The position numbers were made by a program, and so were the translations under genes. Source: Candidatus Methylomirabilia bacterium (GTDB lineage: Bacteria > Methylomirabilota > Methylomirabilia > Rokubacteriales > CSP1-6). From it: a stretch of DNA of 46,827 nt. Each line of letters starts with the position of its first letter. Position 1 is the first letter of the stretch. Location: assembly GCA_041492755.1 (NCBI GenBank), contig JBGPXN010000013.1, positions 1-46,827 of the forward strand, given 5' to 3'. The notes beneath the pieces are model-generated. The model did no database searches, was not told the origin of the DNA, and was given only the letters and a program-made list of their open reading frames with translations. Positions 30,881 to 42,144 of the stretch are shown here, piece after piece.

Positions 30881-31423
30881 TCACCCCTCGAGCGCCGTGA
30901 CGTGCGGTAGATTTCGGTAGAGTCCCTCGAAGTCGAAGCCGTAGCCCACCACGTATACGTTCGGGATCGTGAACCCGATGTAGTCCACCTGGACGTCGGC
31001 CTCGCGCCGCTCCACTTTGTCCAGCAGCACGCACACCTTCAGGCTCTTCGGGCGCCGGGCTTCCAGGTTGCGCTTGAGGTACGCCAGGGTGTGTCCGGTA
31101 TCGACGATGTCCTCCACGATCAGGACGTGCCGGCTTTCGATCGGCAGTGACAGATCGGACACCAGCCGCACCACCCCCGATGACGTCGTCCCCGCCCCGT
31201 AGCTCGCCAGCCCGATGAAATCGGTCGTGAGGTCGATGGGGATGGCGCGGATCAGGTCCGCCATGAACAGAAACGCGCCTTGCAACACGCCGACGAGGAT
31301 CGGGTTCAGGCTCGCATAGTCACGTCCGATGTCCTGCCCGAGATCGTTGATGCGCGCCCGCAGCTCTTCCGCCGTGATCAGGACGCGCCCCGGGCGGGGC
31401 CGGTCCTCACCGAGTGGTGACAT
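30881..31423 (-). CDS. hpt: Hypoxanthine phosphoribosyltransferase
   Basis: VLIVEDIVDTGHTL, LLDK, YVVGYGFD...YRNLP; ATG 31423. Confidence 0.96.
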   Translation of the reverse strand: MSPLGEDRPRPGRVLITAEELRARINDLGQDIGRDYASLNPILVGVLQGAFLFMADLIRAIPIDLTTDFIGLASYGAGTTSSGVVRLVSDLSLPIESRHVLIVEDIVDTGHTLAYLKRNLEARRPKSLKVCVLLDKVERREADVQVDYIGFTIPNVYVVGYGFDFEGLYRNLPHVTALEG

Positions 31424-32144
31424 ACGTGGCGACGTGGCGTTCGGCGGCGATGCGGGCGGCGACGGCGCGCGCTTCGTCACGCGTCGCATAGGCGCCGACG
31501 CGCACGCGGAAGCGCGCGCCGTCCGCGTCGCTCTCCGCGATGTAGACCTCGTGACCGTAGAGTGCAAGGGTGGCGCGCAGCGCTTCCGCGGGCGGCCGAT
31601 CCTTGAAGGCGCCGACCTGGATGGTGAACCGCGCCGCGGACGCCGAGTCCGCCAGTGCCGGCGTCTTTGCCGCCGGGCCACCGGTCGCCGTGGGCGGCGC
31701 GGACGGCGGGTTGGACGCCACGGCGGAAGCCGAAGCCGTGACCGACGCGCCTGATGGAGCCTCGATCGCCGGCGCGACCGCGGACGCGCCGGCGTCCCGT
31801 GCTGGCACGGCAGGAGCCAGAGCGGGGCGCGTCGGCACGGGGGCGGCGGGCGGCGCAGGCTTCGCGGGCTTGGGCGCGTTCACGGGCGGCGCGGTCAGCG
31901 GCGCGGTGAGCTCCTGATAGAACGTGAAGGCCGGCGCGGACTGCACGGGCCGGCGCTCGGAACGCCCGTCGCGGCGCCCCGCACTTTCCCCGGCGCGCGC
32001 CAGCACACTCGGCCACGTCGGCCACGTCCGCCCCACGAACATGCCGAGGCCGAAGGTCACCCCGAGCAGGGCGATGAAGCCCAGCATGAAGAGGACCGAG
32101 CCGACGCGACTGCGGCGGGCCCGGCGTCGCGCCGCCGGCATCAC
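31407..32144 (-). CDS. SPOR-domain membrane protein (FtsN/DedD-like)
   Basis: Single TM, FTFYQEL, Pro/Ala linker, IQVGAF and RVRVG..TR.EA; follows argS. Confidence 0.88.
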   Translation of the reverse strand: MMPAARRRARRSRVGSVLFMLGFIALLGVTFGLGMFVGRTWPTWPSVLARAGESAGRRDGRSERRPVQSAPAFTFYQELTAPLTAPPVNAPKPAKPAPPAAPVPTRPALAPAVPARDAGASAVAPAIEAPSGASVTASASAVASNPPSAPPTATGGPAAKTPALADSASAARFTIQVGAFKDRPPAEALRATLALYGHEVYIAESDADGARFRVRVGAYATRDEARAVAARIAAERHVATYVTTR

Positions 32145-33838
32145 ATGGTCTCGGGGGCGCTCACACCCAGCAGCGCCAACCCGTTCGCGATGACCTGCCC
32201 CACGGCCGCGCAGAGCGCCAGCCGCGCGTGCACCAGCGCCGTGTCGGGCTGGATCACGCGATGCGCTTTGTAATACGGATGAAAAATGCCGGCGATGTCT
32301 TGCAGGAAGTAGGCGATCCGATGCGGCTCGAGCCCTCGCGCCGACCCCGACACCATCGCCGGGTACTGCGACAGCCGCTTCATGAGCTCGCGCTCCTCGG
32401 GCAGCGTGAGCCGGGACAGGTCCACGTCACCACCGGCGGGCAGCGCGATCCCCTGCTCCGCGGCTTGGCGCGCGATGGAGCGGATGCGCGCGTGCGCGTA
32501 CTGCACGTAGTACACGGGGTTGTCGGCCGACTGGCGCGTGGCCACCGCCAGGTCGAACTCGAGCGGGCTGTCGTGCCGCCGCGTGACGAACGTGAAGCGT
32601 GCAGCGTCGCGGCCGACCTCCTCGAGCAGCTCCTCCATCAGCACGAACTCGCCCCGCCGCTTGGACATGCGGACCGGCTCGCCGTCGCGCAGGAGCGTCA
32701 CGAGCTGGATGATCAGCACCTCGAACGCCTCGGGCGGATGGCCGAGCGCCTGCATCGCGGCGCGCATCCGGCCGACGTGGCCGTGATGATCGGGGCCCAG
32801 GAGGTCGATGACCCGGCCGGCGTTCGCGAACTTGACGTAGTGATGGTTCGCCACGTCCACCGCGAAGTACGTCACCTCGCCGTTGGAGCGAATGAGGACG
32901 CGATCCTTGTCGTCGCCGAACTCCGTCGATCGGAACCACAGCGCGCCCTCGCTCGGGTACGTGACCCCCCGCGCGAGAAGATCGGCGATCACCTTCTGGT
33001 CCCAGCCACCCTCGGCTGAGCCCGCCCGACGGACGTCGTTCATCTCGGAGGTCCACACGTCGAAGTCGACCCCGTACTCGGAGAGCACCCGACGCTGGGC
33101 CGCGACCATCTTCCGGACGGCGTACCGACCGAGGACCGGCAGATGCGACCGGTTGCGGACGGAGTCGCCAAGGTGCCGCTCGAGATCGGCCGGCGTCTCG
33201 AGACCGAACTCGCGGCGGTATTCGTCGGCCAGCTCGATGAGGTATTCACCGGGATACCCGTTCTCCGGCAGCTCGGCCGACTCACCGAGCGCCTGCCGCA
33301 CGCGCGCCTCGAACGAGCGCGCGAGCGCCTCGAACTGATTGCCGGCGTCGTTGACGTAGTACTCGGTGGTGACGGCGGCGCCCTCGGCCCGGAGAAGCCG
33401 CGCCAGCGCATCGCCCACCGCCGCCGCCCGCGCGTTCACGATCACGAGCGGCCCGGTTGGGTTCGCCGACACGAACTCCAGGCGCACGCGCTGTCCGTGA
33501 AGACCGTCGCCGCGCCCGAACGCCGGGCCCATCTCGAGCACCGTGCGAACGGCGCTCGCGTACCAGGCCGGCGACAGGAAAACGTTGAGGAAGCCCGGCC
33601 CCGCCACGTCCAGGCGCGCCACCTCGGGCACCGGCGGAAAGTGCTTCACGATGGCCTCGGCGATCTGGCGGGGCGCCCGCTTGGCCGTCTTGGCCAGGAC
33701 CATGGCAACGTTGCTGGCGTAGTCGCCGTGCTCGGACTGGCGCGGCACCTCCCATTGACAGTCCTCGGGCGCGGGCAACCCGGCGTCGCCGAGCGCCTTC
33801 CGAACCCCGTCCGTCAATCGGCTGGTAATGCTGGTCAC
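32141..33838 (-). CDS. argS: Arginine--tRNA ligase
   Basis: HGDYASN.A, GPGFLN, EFVSANPTGPL, EYYVNDAGNQ, MSKR.G, NPVYYVQYAHAR, GVSAPETM; start about GTG 33838. Confidence 0.96.
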   Translation of the reverse strand: MTSITSRLTDGVRKALGDAGLPAPEDCQWEVPRQSEHGDYASNVAMVLAKTAKRAPRQIAEAIVKHFPPVPEVARLDVAGPGFLNVFLSPAWYASAVRTVLEMGPAFGRGDGLHGQRVRLEFVSANPTGPLVIVNARAAAVGDALARLLRAEGAAVTTEYYVNDAGNQFEALARSFEARVRQALGESAELPENGYPGEYLIELADEYRREFGLETPADLERHLGDSVRNRSHLPVLGRYAVRKMVAAQRRVLSEYGVDFDVWTSEMNDVRRAGSAEGGWDQKVIADLLARGVTYPSEGALWFRSTEFGDDKDRVLIRSNGEVTYFAVDVANHHYVKFANAGRVIDLLGPDHHGHVGRMRAAMQALGHPPEAFEVLIIQLVTLLRDGEPVRMSKRRGEFVLMEELLEEVGRDAARFTFVTRRHDSPLEFDLAVATRQSADNPVYYVQYAHARIRSIARQAAEQGIALPAGGDVDLSRLTLPEERELMKRLSQYPAMVSGSARGLEPHRIAYFLQDIAGIFHPYYKAHRVIQPDTALVHARLALCAAVGQVIANGLALLGVSAPETM

Positions 33839-33912
33839 GAGACACGAACCGCCGCGTGTCGCGGCGACGGGAAAATCATACTCGGCGCTCCGCGATGGGC
33901 GAAGAAATTCAA

Positions 33913-34838
33913 CTATCCATAAATACATGCCACAACCAGGGCGGTGGCTACGCTCGCGCCGAGGCTGAGACCGACCGCCGTCCGAAAGATGTGCAGGCTA
34001 CGCGCAATGTCCTTTGCCTGAGGGGGCCGTCCGTCTCCCAGCCGATAGACACCCGGCTTTTCCAGCGTTACTCCGAGCGCGCCCGCCATCGCCGCCAGCG
34101 TCCAGCCCGCGTTGGGACTCGCGGTGCGGCCGCGGTCCCGCCGCAGCACCCGCAGCGCGCCGGCCATGTCCGCGCCGCTGAGCGGCGCGGCCAGCACCAG
34201 GGCCAGCGCGGCGAGCCGTGCCGGGAGCAGATTCAGGAGATCGTCCAATCTCGCCGCAACCTTGCCGAAGTACTCCAGGACGCCTTCCCGATACCCGATC
34301 ATCGCGTCCGCCGTGTTCGCCACCCGGTAGACGGCGGCGCCGGGGAGGCCGAAGGTCAGGAAGCAGAGCACGGGTGCGAGCACGGAGTCGGTGAGGTTCT
34401 CGGCGACGGATTCGATGGTTGCCGAGGCCACCTGAGCTTCGTCGAGGGTGGCCGTGCCACGGCTCACCAGATCGCGACCCACCACGGCGCGCGCCGCAGT
34501 GACGTCACCCCGAGCGAGCTGCGCGGCCACGGCATTCGCCGCGCGTACCAGGCCACGGACGGCGAACAGGCTCTTGAGCGCGAGCGCCTGCAGCAGGACG
34601 CCGGCCGGCCCCAGGGACGCGGCCGCGACGTCGACCACCCACGCCGCGCACGCGGCGACGCCGGCCGTCGCGATCACCAGCATCCCGCCGGCCAGGACGA
34701 GCCGGACACGACCGCCGCGGGCCAGCGCGGCGCGACCACTCGCGAGGATCGCGCCGATCCACGCCACCGGGTGATACCGGTTCGGTGGGTCGCCGGCGAC
34801 GAGATCGGCCGCCAGGGCCAGGACGACGACGAGCGCGC

Positions 34839-34842
<4 letters not shown>
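33913..34842 (-). CDS. cbiB: Adenosylcobinamide-phosphate synthase CbiB (CobD)
   Basis: GDP...HPV.WIG, LVSR, IESVAEN..D, YR.ANT.DAMIGY, DD.LN..PARL, SPNAG. Confidence 0.95.
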
Positions 34843-36443
<1,601 letters not shown>

Positions 36444-36462
36444 AGCCGACCGCGCGGGGCGC

Positions 36463-37497
36463 TCACTGGAGCTGGAACACCACGGGCACCCGCACGCGCA
36501 GCGTGCGCGGGGGCAGGTCGCGCGGAAACGGCTGCGCCGGCACCCTGCGCACCGCCTCGATCGCGGCCTCGTCCAGCAACGCGTGCGACGACGATCGCAC
36601 GATGGCCACGGTTCCTACGGCACCCGCGGCGGTGATCACGACCTCGACATGCACGGTGCCTTCGAGCCCGCGGCGGCGCGCCGCCCGCGGATAGCGCAAC
36701 GACGACTGGATGCGGTGCCGCAAGCCCGCCAGATACGGGGCGTACTCCGCACCTAAGTCATCGCGCAGGCCGGGGACCGCCGCCGTCTGGCCGCCACCGG
36801 TCGACGAGCCCGCCGCGCTCCCACCTCCTCCCGTGGCGCCCGGTGCGCCCGCGCCAGCACCGGCACCGACCCGCGCCAGGGCGGATCCCGAACCGGTGGC
36901 CGATCCGGAAGCGCCGCGCTCACCCCCGACGGACGCCGAGCCCAACGCGCCGGTCGCGCGCTCCGGCGCCGAAATCGCTGGCGGCGCCGGCGCGGCAGCG
37001 GGCTCGCGCGCGACGGCGGCGGACGTCGCGTCCGGCACCGCGCGTGCGGGCTGCCCGGGCGGATCGATGGGGGCGGGGACCACCTCGTTCGCCGTGGACG
37101 ACGGCTCCGTCGTCCACGGCGACGCTGAAGGCGGCGGCTCGCTCACCGCGGGCGGCGCGGGTGGCGCCGTCCGCGTCGGCGCGGCGCGGGCGGCGGTGTC
37201 GCGCGCCGGCGCTTCGCGAGGTGGCGGACCACTGCGTTCGCGAGCGACGGATGCGGTGGCGCCGGGCGGCGCGGCGGCACGCGCGCCACGTGGGGGGACG
37301 GATGGGCCCGGCGACGACGCCGCCGCCGCTGGACCGGCCGACGACGCGGAGCGCGGCGTCTCCATCTCGTTGGCCATGGTGAGATCGAAGACGAGATCCG
37401 GCGATACCGAGTGGCCCGGGACGAGCGCGAGGGTGGCCAGTCCGATCGCGCCGTGGAGCGCGAGCGACACCACGATGCTGAGGGCGGTGCGACTCAC
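36463..37497 (-). CDS. tonB: TonB family energy transducer
   Basis: TM with SLALH, Pro/Ala-rich spacer, C-terminal YP..ARRRG.EG.V...SS...LD.AA; GTGA-coupled start at 37497. Confidence 0.88.
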   Translation of the reverse strand: MSRTALSIVVSLALHGAIGLATLALVPGHSVSPDLVFDLTMANEMETPRSASSAGPAAAASSPGPSVPPRGARAAAPPGATASVARERSGPPPREAPARDTAARAAPTRTAPPAPPAVSEPPPSASPWTTEPSSTANEVVPAPIDPPGQPARAVPDATSAAVAREPAAAPAPPAISAPERATGALGSASVGGERGASGSATGSGSALARVGAGAGAGAPGATGGGGSAAGSSTGGGQTAAVPGLRDDLGAEYAPYLAGLRHRIQSSLRYPRAARRRGLEGTVHVEVVITAAGAVGTVAIVRSSSHALLDEAAIEAVRRVPAQPFPRDLPPRTLRVRVPVVFQLQ

Positions 37498-38150
37498 CCG
37501 CGCTCCCGGATCCAGCGCCGCACGCCGTGGCCCACGGCCCAGCGCGTCGCGCACGCCGCCGCCCAGCCCAGCTCGCTCACCGGGCCGCCGAACCGGCAGC
37601 GGGCACCGCGGCCGGTGGCGGCGACGACGACCGCGTCCGTCGACGTGCCGCTCGCCGTCGTTCCGTCGGCGGCTTTGACGCCCGCATCACCCAGCGCGAG
37701 CGCCTTGGCCTCCGTCACGGTGATGATCAGATTGACCAGGGCCGCCGGCTCGGGATCGGCGTCGACGATCACGATGGTGTTGATGGTGGACGGCTGCCAC
37801 GCCGCGACCGGACTGCGTCCGGCCGCGGTCGCGTTCGACAACCCGGTGGTGACGATGGCGACCGCGCTGAGGCCCGCCGCCGTCGTGGTGGCCACTTCCA
37901 TCTTTTCGGTGGCGGCGCCGGTGAGCAGGCCGACCACCGGCGAAATCAGCCGGCGCCGTGCGGCGAACGCGCGCAGCAGGGCGTCGGTGTCGGCGCAGTG
38001 GAATCCCTTCGGCACGTGGACGTTGACGATCGTGCGGGCCACCCCGAAGCCGCCGCCGAGGACGGCGGAGGACACGACACGCACGGGCTCGTCGGCGATG
38101 ACGACCACCGCCTCCGCATCCGCCTCGAGCCTGATCCCTGCGATGGGCAT
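37494..38150 (-). CDS. cbiZ: Adenosylcobinamide amidohydrolase CbiZ
   Basis: SSAVLGGG, GLLTGA, T.GLSN, TINTIV, TEAK and SGTSTDAVVV motifs; cobalamin operon context. Confidence 0.85.
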   Translation of the reverse strand: MPIAGIRLEADAEAVVVIADEPVRVVSSAVLGGGFGVARTIVNVHVPKGFHCADTDALLRAFAARRRLISPVVGLLTGAATEKMEVATTTAAGLSAVAIVTTGLSNATAAGRSPVAAWQPSTINTIVIVDADPEPAALVNLIITVTEAKALALGDAGVKAADGTTASGTSTDAVVVAATGRGARCRFGGPVSELGWAAACATRWAVGHGVRRWIRERG

Positions 38151-38181
38151 CGTGTCCTCCGCCCGATCCTCGGACCGGGCC

Positions 38182-40059
38182 TCAGGGAAAGTACGCGCGC
38201 AGGCCGACGAGCGCGTTGAAGCCCGGGGCCTTGAAGCCCTTGACCTCGTCGTACGACTCGTCGGTCACGTTCTCGATCCGCGCCGTCAGCTCGAGCCGCT
38301 CCAGCTTTCCGACCCGGCCCGACAGCAGATACGTGCCGCCCACGTCGATCCGATGGTAGCCGGGATTCTTTCCGACGGCCGCCGACTCGAACTGGCTCGA
38401 GGTGACGTGCGCCTGCGCGAACAGACTCAGCCGCGGCCAGGGCGTGACCTGCACGCCGGTGTTCCACCGATGACGCGCGAAGCGGCGCAGCGGCAACCCG
38501 GTGGAGATGTCCTCGGTGTCCGTGTAGGTGTAGTTGACCCACGCGAGGACCCAGTCGAGCGGCTCCGCCTCCACGTACACCTCGACGCCCTCGCTCTGGG
38601 CGCTGCCCACGTTGAAGGGCAGGAAGGTGTTGTTGCCCGGGTTGAACACGAACTGGATCAGGTCCTGGAACTGGTTGTGGAAGAACGTGAAGCCGAACCG
38701 CAGCCGGTTGGTGAACAGCTTCTCGTCCGCGCCGAACTCGTAGCTCTCGCTGCGCTCGGGCTGGAGGGCGACGTTGCCGAAGCCCGGGAAGAAGAGATCG
38801 TTGAGGGTCGGGGCCCGGAAGCCCTTGGCCCACGCCGCGCGCAGCTTCGTCCCCGTCTCCTTGATGAGGAGGGCCGCCGACACCTGCGGCGTCAGCGCGT
38901 CGCCGAACACGTCGTTGTCCTCGTAGCGAAGTCCGCCCAGCACGAAGACGCGATCGAACAGCCGGATCTCGTCGTGGCCGAAGACGCTGACGGTGTTGAT
39001 CTCCTGGCGGAACGCGCCCCGGTTGCGGCCGCGCTCGTTGCGGTGCTCCACGCCCACCGTGAACGTGTCCCAGCTCGCGAGATCGAAGGAGTTGATCACC
39101 TCGAACTCGCGCCGGCGCGTGTCGATCTGCGAGATCGTGGAGAAGGTCTCCGGCGGCGGCGGGTCCTGGAACCCCTGGTTGTTCCACCACTGACCGTAGC
39201 GGGCGTTCAGCCGCCACCAGTCGAAGACCTTCTGCTTGTACGCGAGGTTGTAGAGCCACGTCTCCGTCTGTTGCTGCGAGTTCGGATCGAACACGGTGCT
39301 CGGAAACGTGGTGTCGACCGGCACGTCGGTGCTGGTCTTCCCGTACCGGCCGGAGAGCGACAGCTCGCCGCCCCACGGGAAGTCGTAGCCGATGCGGCCG
39401 CCGAACGCCGTCTGCTCGGCGTCGTCGTTGTCGAAGCGCCGGAGATTTCCGCGCGTGTCGTAGTGGCTGGCGGAGACGTTGAAGTTGAACCGGCCGAACG
39501 CGCCCTGGAGGTTCGCCGTCTCGCGGAACGTCTCGTAGCTGCCGCCCTCGACGGACACCGAGCCGTGCGGCGTCCCCTGCCCCTTCTTGAGGATGATGTT
39601 GACCACGCCGCCGATGGCGTCGGCGCCGTGCAGCGCCGACTGGGGTCCGCGCACGACCTCGATCCGTTCGACCGCGTCGAGCGACAGCTCGGACAGGTCC
39701 ATGCTGCCCAGGGTCGGGCTCTTCACCCGCATCCCGTCGACCAGGACCTGCACCTGGTTGGCGTTGGCGCCGCGGATCTTGATGCTCGTGGCCTTGCCGA
39801 GGCCGCCCGAGCGCTGGATCTCCACCCCGGGCACCATCCGCAGCGCTTCCTCGATCTTGCTGATGTTCAGCGTGCGGATTTCTTCTTCGGTCACGATGGT
39901 GACCGAGGCGCCCACCCGCTCCGCCGGCGTCTCCACCTTGGTGGCGGTCACCACCACGGGATCGACCGGCTGCGCCGGCTGGGCCACGGCGGCCGGAGTC
40001 GGCAACGGCAGGAGCATCAGCAGCAACGTCGGCAGCATCGTGGGGATGAACGTCCGCAT
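38182..40059 (-). CDS. btuB: TonB-dependent outer membrane cobalamin receptor
   Basis: Signal peptide, TonB box VVVTATK, plug IRGA...VLVDG, ERIEVVRGP.S.L.GADAIGGVVNI, FRAPT; riboswitch upstream; AGGAG RBS. Confidence 0.88.
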   Translation of the reverse strand: MRTFIPTMLPTLLLMLLPLPTPAAVAQPAQPVDPVVVTATKVETPAERVGASVTIVTEEEIRTLNISKIEEALRMVPGVEIQRSGGLGKATSIKIRGANANQVQVLVDGMRVKSPTLGSMDLSELSLDAVERIEVVRGPQSALHGADAIGGVVNIILKKGQGTPHGSVSVEGGSYETFRETANLQGAFGRFNFNVSASHYDTRGNLRRFDNDDAEQTAFGGRIGYDFPWGGELSLSGRYGKTSTDVPVDTTFPSTVFDPNSQQQTETWLYNLAYKQKVFDWWRLNARYGQWWNNQGFQDPPPPETFSTISQIDTRRREFEVINSFDLASWDTFTVGVEHRNERGRNRGAFRQEINTVSVFGHDEIRLFDRVFVLGGLRYEDNDVFGDALTPQVSAALLIKETGTKLRAAWAKGFRAPTLNDLFFPGFGNVALQPERSESYEFGADEKLFTNRLRFGFTFFHNQFQDLIQFVFNPGNNTFLPFNVGSAQSEGVEVYVEAEPLDWVLAWVNYTYTDTEDISTGLPLRRFARHRWNTGVQVTPWPRLSLFAQAHVTSSQFESAAVGKNPGYHRIDVGGTYLLSGRVGKLERLELTARIENVTDESYDEVKGFKAPGFNALVGLRAYFP

Positions 40060-40097
40060 CGCGTCACTCCTTTTCGGCGAAAGGGTGCAGTCTGTGA

Positions 40098-40244
40098 TCT
40101 CGGATAGGTCTCCTGACTCGTGGATCGTCGCGGGTGCCCGGCCTTCCCATCCGCGCAGCGGACAGTGGCTCGCGAGGGGCACGCGCTCCCCACTCACAGT
40201 GGCGCGACCGTGCCGGCTTCTCTCCGGCTTCCCTTGATCCGAGA
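40098..40244 (-). ncRNA. Cobalamin riboswitch upstream of btuB (operon-internal)
   Basis: AAGGGAAGCCGG.GAGAAGCCGGCACGG..GCGCCACTGT...GCCACTG...GGGAAGG...GAGTCAGGAGACCT; closing stem TCTCGGAT/ATCCGAGA. Confidence 0.92.
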
Positions 40245-40249
40245 ACGGC

Positions 40250-41092
40250 TCACGACCGGACTTCGGTGTTCCCACCTCCTTTCGGTAGTGGCTCCGGATA
40301 CACGACGTGGACGACGGGGCGGCCGGTGGCGACATTCTCGTCGACGACGACGGCGCACCCGTAGACGGAGGCAAGCAGCGCCTCGTCCAGGACTTCGGCG
40401 GGCGCGCCGACGCGGACCGCGCGGCCCCCGGCCAGGAGCAGCAAACGGTCGGACACCTCGGCGGCCAGGTTCAGATCGTGCGACACGAGGACGATGGTCA
40501 GTCCCTCGTCGCGGTTGAGTCGGCGGAGCAAGCCGACGCACTCGGCCTGGTAACGCAGGTCCAGATGCGCCGTCGGCTCGTCCAGCACGAGCAGGCGCGG
40601 CCGCTGGGCGAGCGCCCGGGCGAGCACCGCGCGCTGTCGCTCGCCTCCGCTGAGGGCGCCGAGCGGCTGGGCGGCGAGCGGCAGCACCCCGGTCGCCTCC
40701 ATGGACTCGCGCGCGACGGCGCGATCGGCCGACGTCTCGAAGAAGCGGCGCGGCGCGTGCGGATAGCGCCCCATGAGCACCAGCTCCTCCACGGTGAACG
40801 GCATTGCGGGGGGCAACTCCTGGGGCACCACCGCGATGCGCTGAGCCAGACGCCAGCGCGGCCACTCCGACAGCGCCACGCCCTCGACCAGCACGCGGCC
40901 ATCCGTCGGGTCCAGCACTCGCGTCAGCAGCCGGATGAGCGTCGTCTTCCCCGCGCTGTTCGGCCCGATCACCCCGAGGATTTCGCCGGCCCCGATGCTG
41001 AAGGACAACCCGCTCAACCCGAACCGCCGCGCCGGCGCCGGGCCCGGATACCGGAAGCCGACGTCGCTCAGCTCGACCAGCGCCGCGCTCAC
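40250..41092 (-). CDS. btuD: Cobalamin/Fe-siderophore ABC transporter ATPase
   Basis: GPNSAGKT, LSGGERQR, LDEPTAHLD, VSHDLNLA. Confidence 0.85.
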   Translation of the reverse strand: MSAALVELSDVGFRYPGPAPARRFGLSGLSFSIGAGEILGVIGPNSAGKTTLIRLLTRVLDPTDGRVLVEGVALSEWPRWRLAQRIAVVPQELPPAMPFTVEELVLMGRYPHAPRRFFETSADRAVARESMEATGVLPLAAQPLGALSGGERQRAVLARALAQRPRLLVLDEPTAHLDLRYQAECVGLLRRLNRDEGLTIVLVSHDLNLAAEVSDRLLLLAGGRAVRVGAPAEVLDEALLASVYGCAVVVDENVATGRPVVHVVYPEPLPKGGGNTEVRS

Positions 41093-42108
41093 GGCAGTCC
41101 TCCGCGATATCGGGTCCGCAGCAAGTACACGAAGAACGGCGCGCCGCAGAACGACGTGATGACGCCGACCGACAGCTCCGCGGGCGCCACGATGTTCCGC
41201 GCCAGCGTGTCGGCGCCGAGCAGGAAGATCGCGCCCCCCACGAACGCCGCGGGAACGAGGAACCGATTGTCGGAGCCGAGCAGCATTCTCAGGACGTGCG
41301 GGACGATCAGCCCCACGAAGCCGATGGGGCCGGTGAACGCGACCACCGCCGCGGTCAGGAGCGCCGCGCCGAAGAAGATCTGCCGCTTCAGCCGCTCGGC
41401 GTCCACGCCGAGCTGGACCGCCGACTCTTCACCGAGCGCGAGCACGTTCAACTCGCGCGCGCGGAGCAGGATGAGCAGGACGCCGATCGCGGCGAGGACG
41501 GCGAACACGAGCAGCGAGGCCGGCGCCACCGGACCGATGTTGCCGAGGAGCCAGTGGATGATGCCGCCGAGCCGATTGATGTCCACCAGCGACGTGATCA
41601 CCGTGATCGCCGCGGAGAAGAAGACGCCGACGATCACGCCGGACAGCAGCAGCGTCGGCACCGGGAACCCGGCCTGGGTCGTCGCCACCAGGTAGACCGT
41701 GATCCCGGCCACCAGCGCGCCGGCGAGCCCGAACGCGACCAGGCGGAACGTGTCGCCGAGCCCGGCGCCGCCTCCCGTGAGCTGGGCGACGACCACGCCA
41801 AACGCGGCGCCGCTGGAGACGCCGATGACGGACGGCTCGGCCAGCGGGTTCCGCGTGAGCGCCTGGAAGCCCACGCCGGCGACGGCGAGCGCGCCCCCCG
41901 CGATCGCGGCCACGGCGATCCGCGGCAAGCGCAGGCTCAGCACGACGACCCGTTCGGTCGAATCCGCGGTGGCGCGGCCGGCGAGGACCTCGATGACGGC
42001 GCCGGGCGTGAGCCCGGCGCTGCCGACGAACAGGGCGGCCGCCACCACCGCGGTCAGGCCAAGACCGAGGGCGATGAGGACGCGCGCCAGCCGCGCCTCC
42101 GCGGTCAC
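41089..42108 (-). CDS. btuC: Cobalamin ABC transporter permease (FecCD family)
   Basis: LRLPRI, Q..TRNPLAEP..IGVSSGA, LGEE.A.QLGV, GPIGFVGLIVPH. Confidence 0.88.
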   Translation of the reverse strand: MTAEARLARVLIALGLGLTAVVAAALFVGSAGLTPGAVIEVLAGRATADSTERVVVLSLRLPRIAVAAIAGGALAVAGVGFQALTRNPLAEPSVIGVSSGAAFGVVVAQLTGGGAGLGDTFRLVAFGLAGALVAGITVYLVATTQAGFPVPTLLLSGVIVGVFFSAAITVITSLVDINRLGGIIHWLLGNIGPVAPASLLVFAVLAAIGVLLILLRARELNVLALGEESAVQLGVDAERLKRQIFFGAALLTAAVVAFTGPIGFVGLIVPHVLRMLLGSDNRFLVPAAFVGGAIFLLGADTLARNIVAPAELSVGVITSFCGAPFFVYLLRTRYRGGLP

Positions 42109-42144
42109 CGGGACCCCGACAAACTCACCGGACAGCCTCCGTCC

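Noticed and set aside
30881..32144. tilS missing before hpt-ftsH (and pdxJ missing before acpS)
   Set aside because: Ordinary gene-order variation; cannot be judged from one window
38182..38200. BtuB ends in YFP rather than a terminal Phe
   Set aside because: One extra residue after the beta-signal is a minor variation; the gene is otherwise intact
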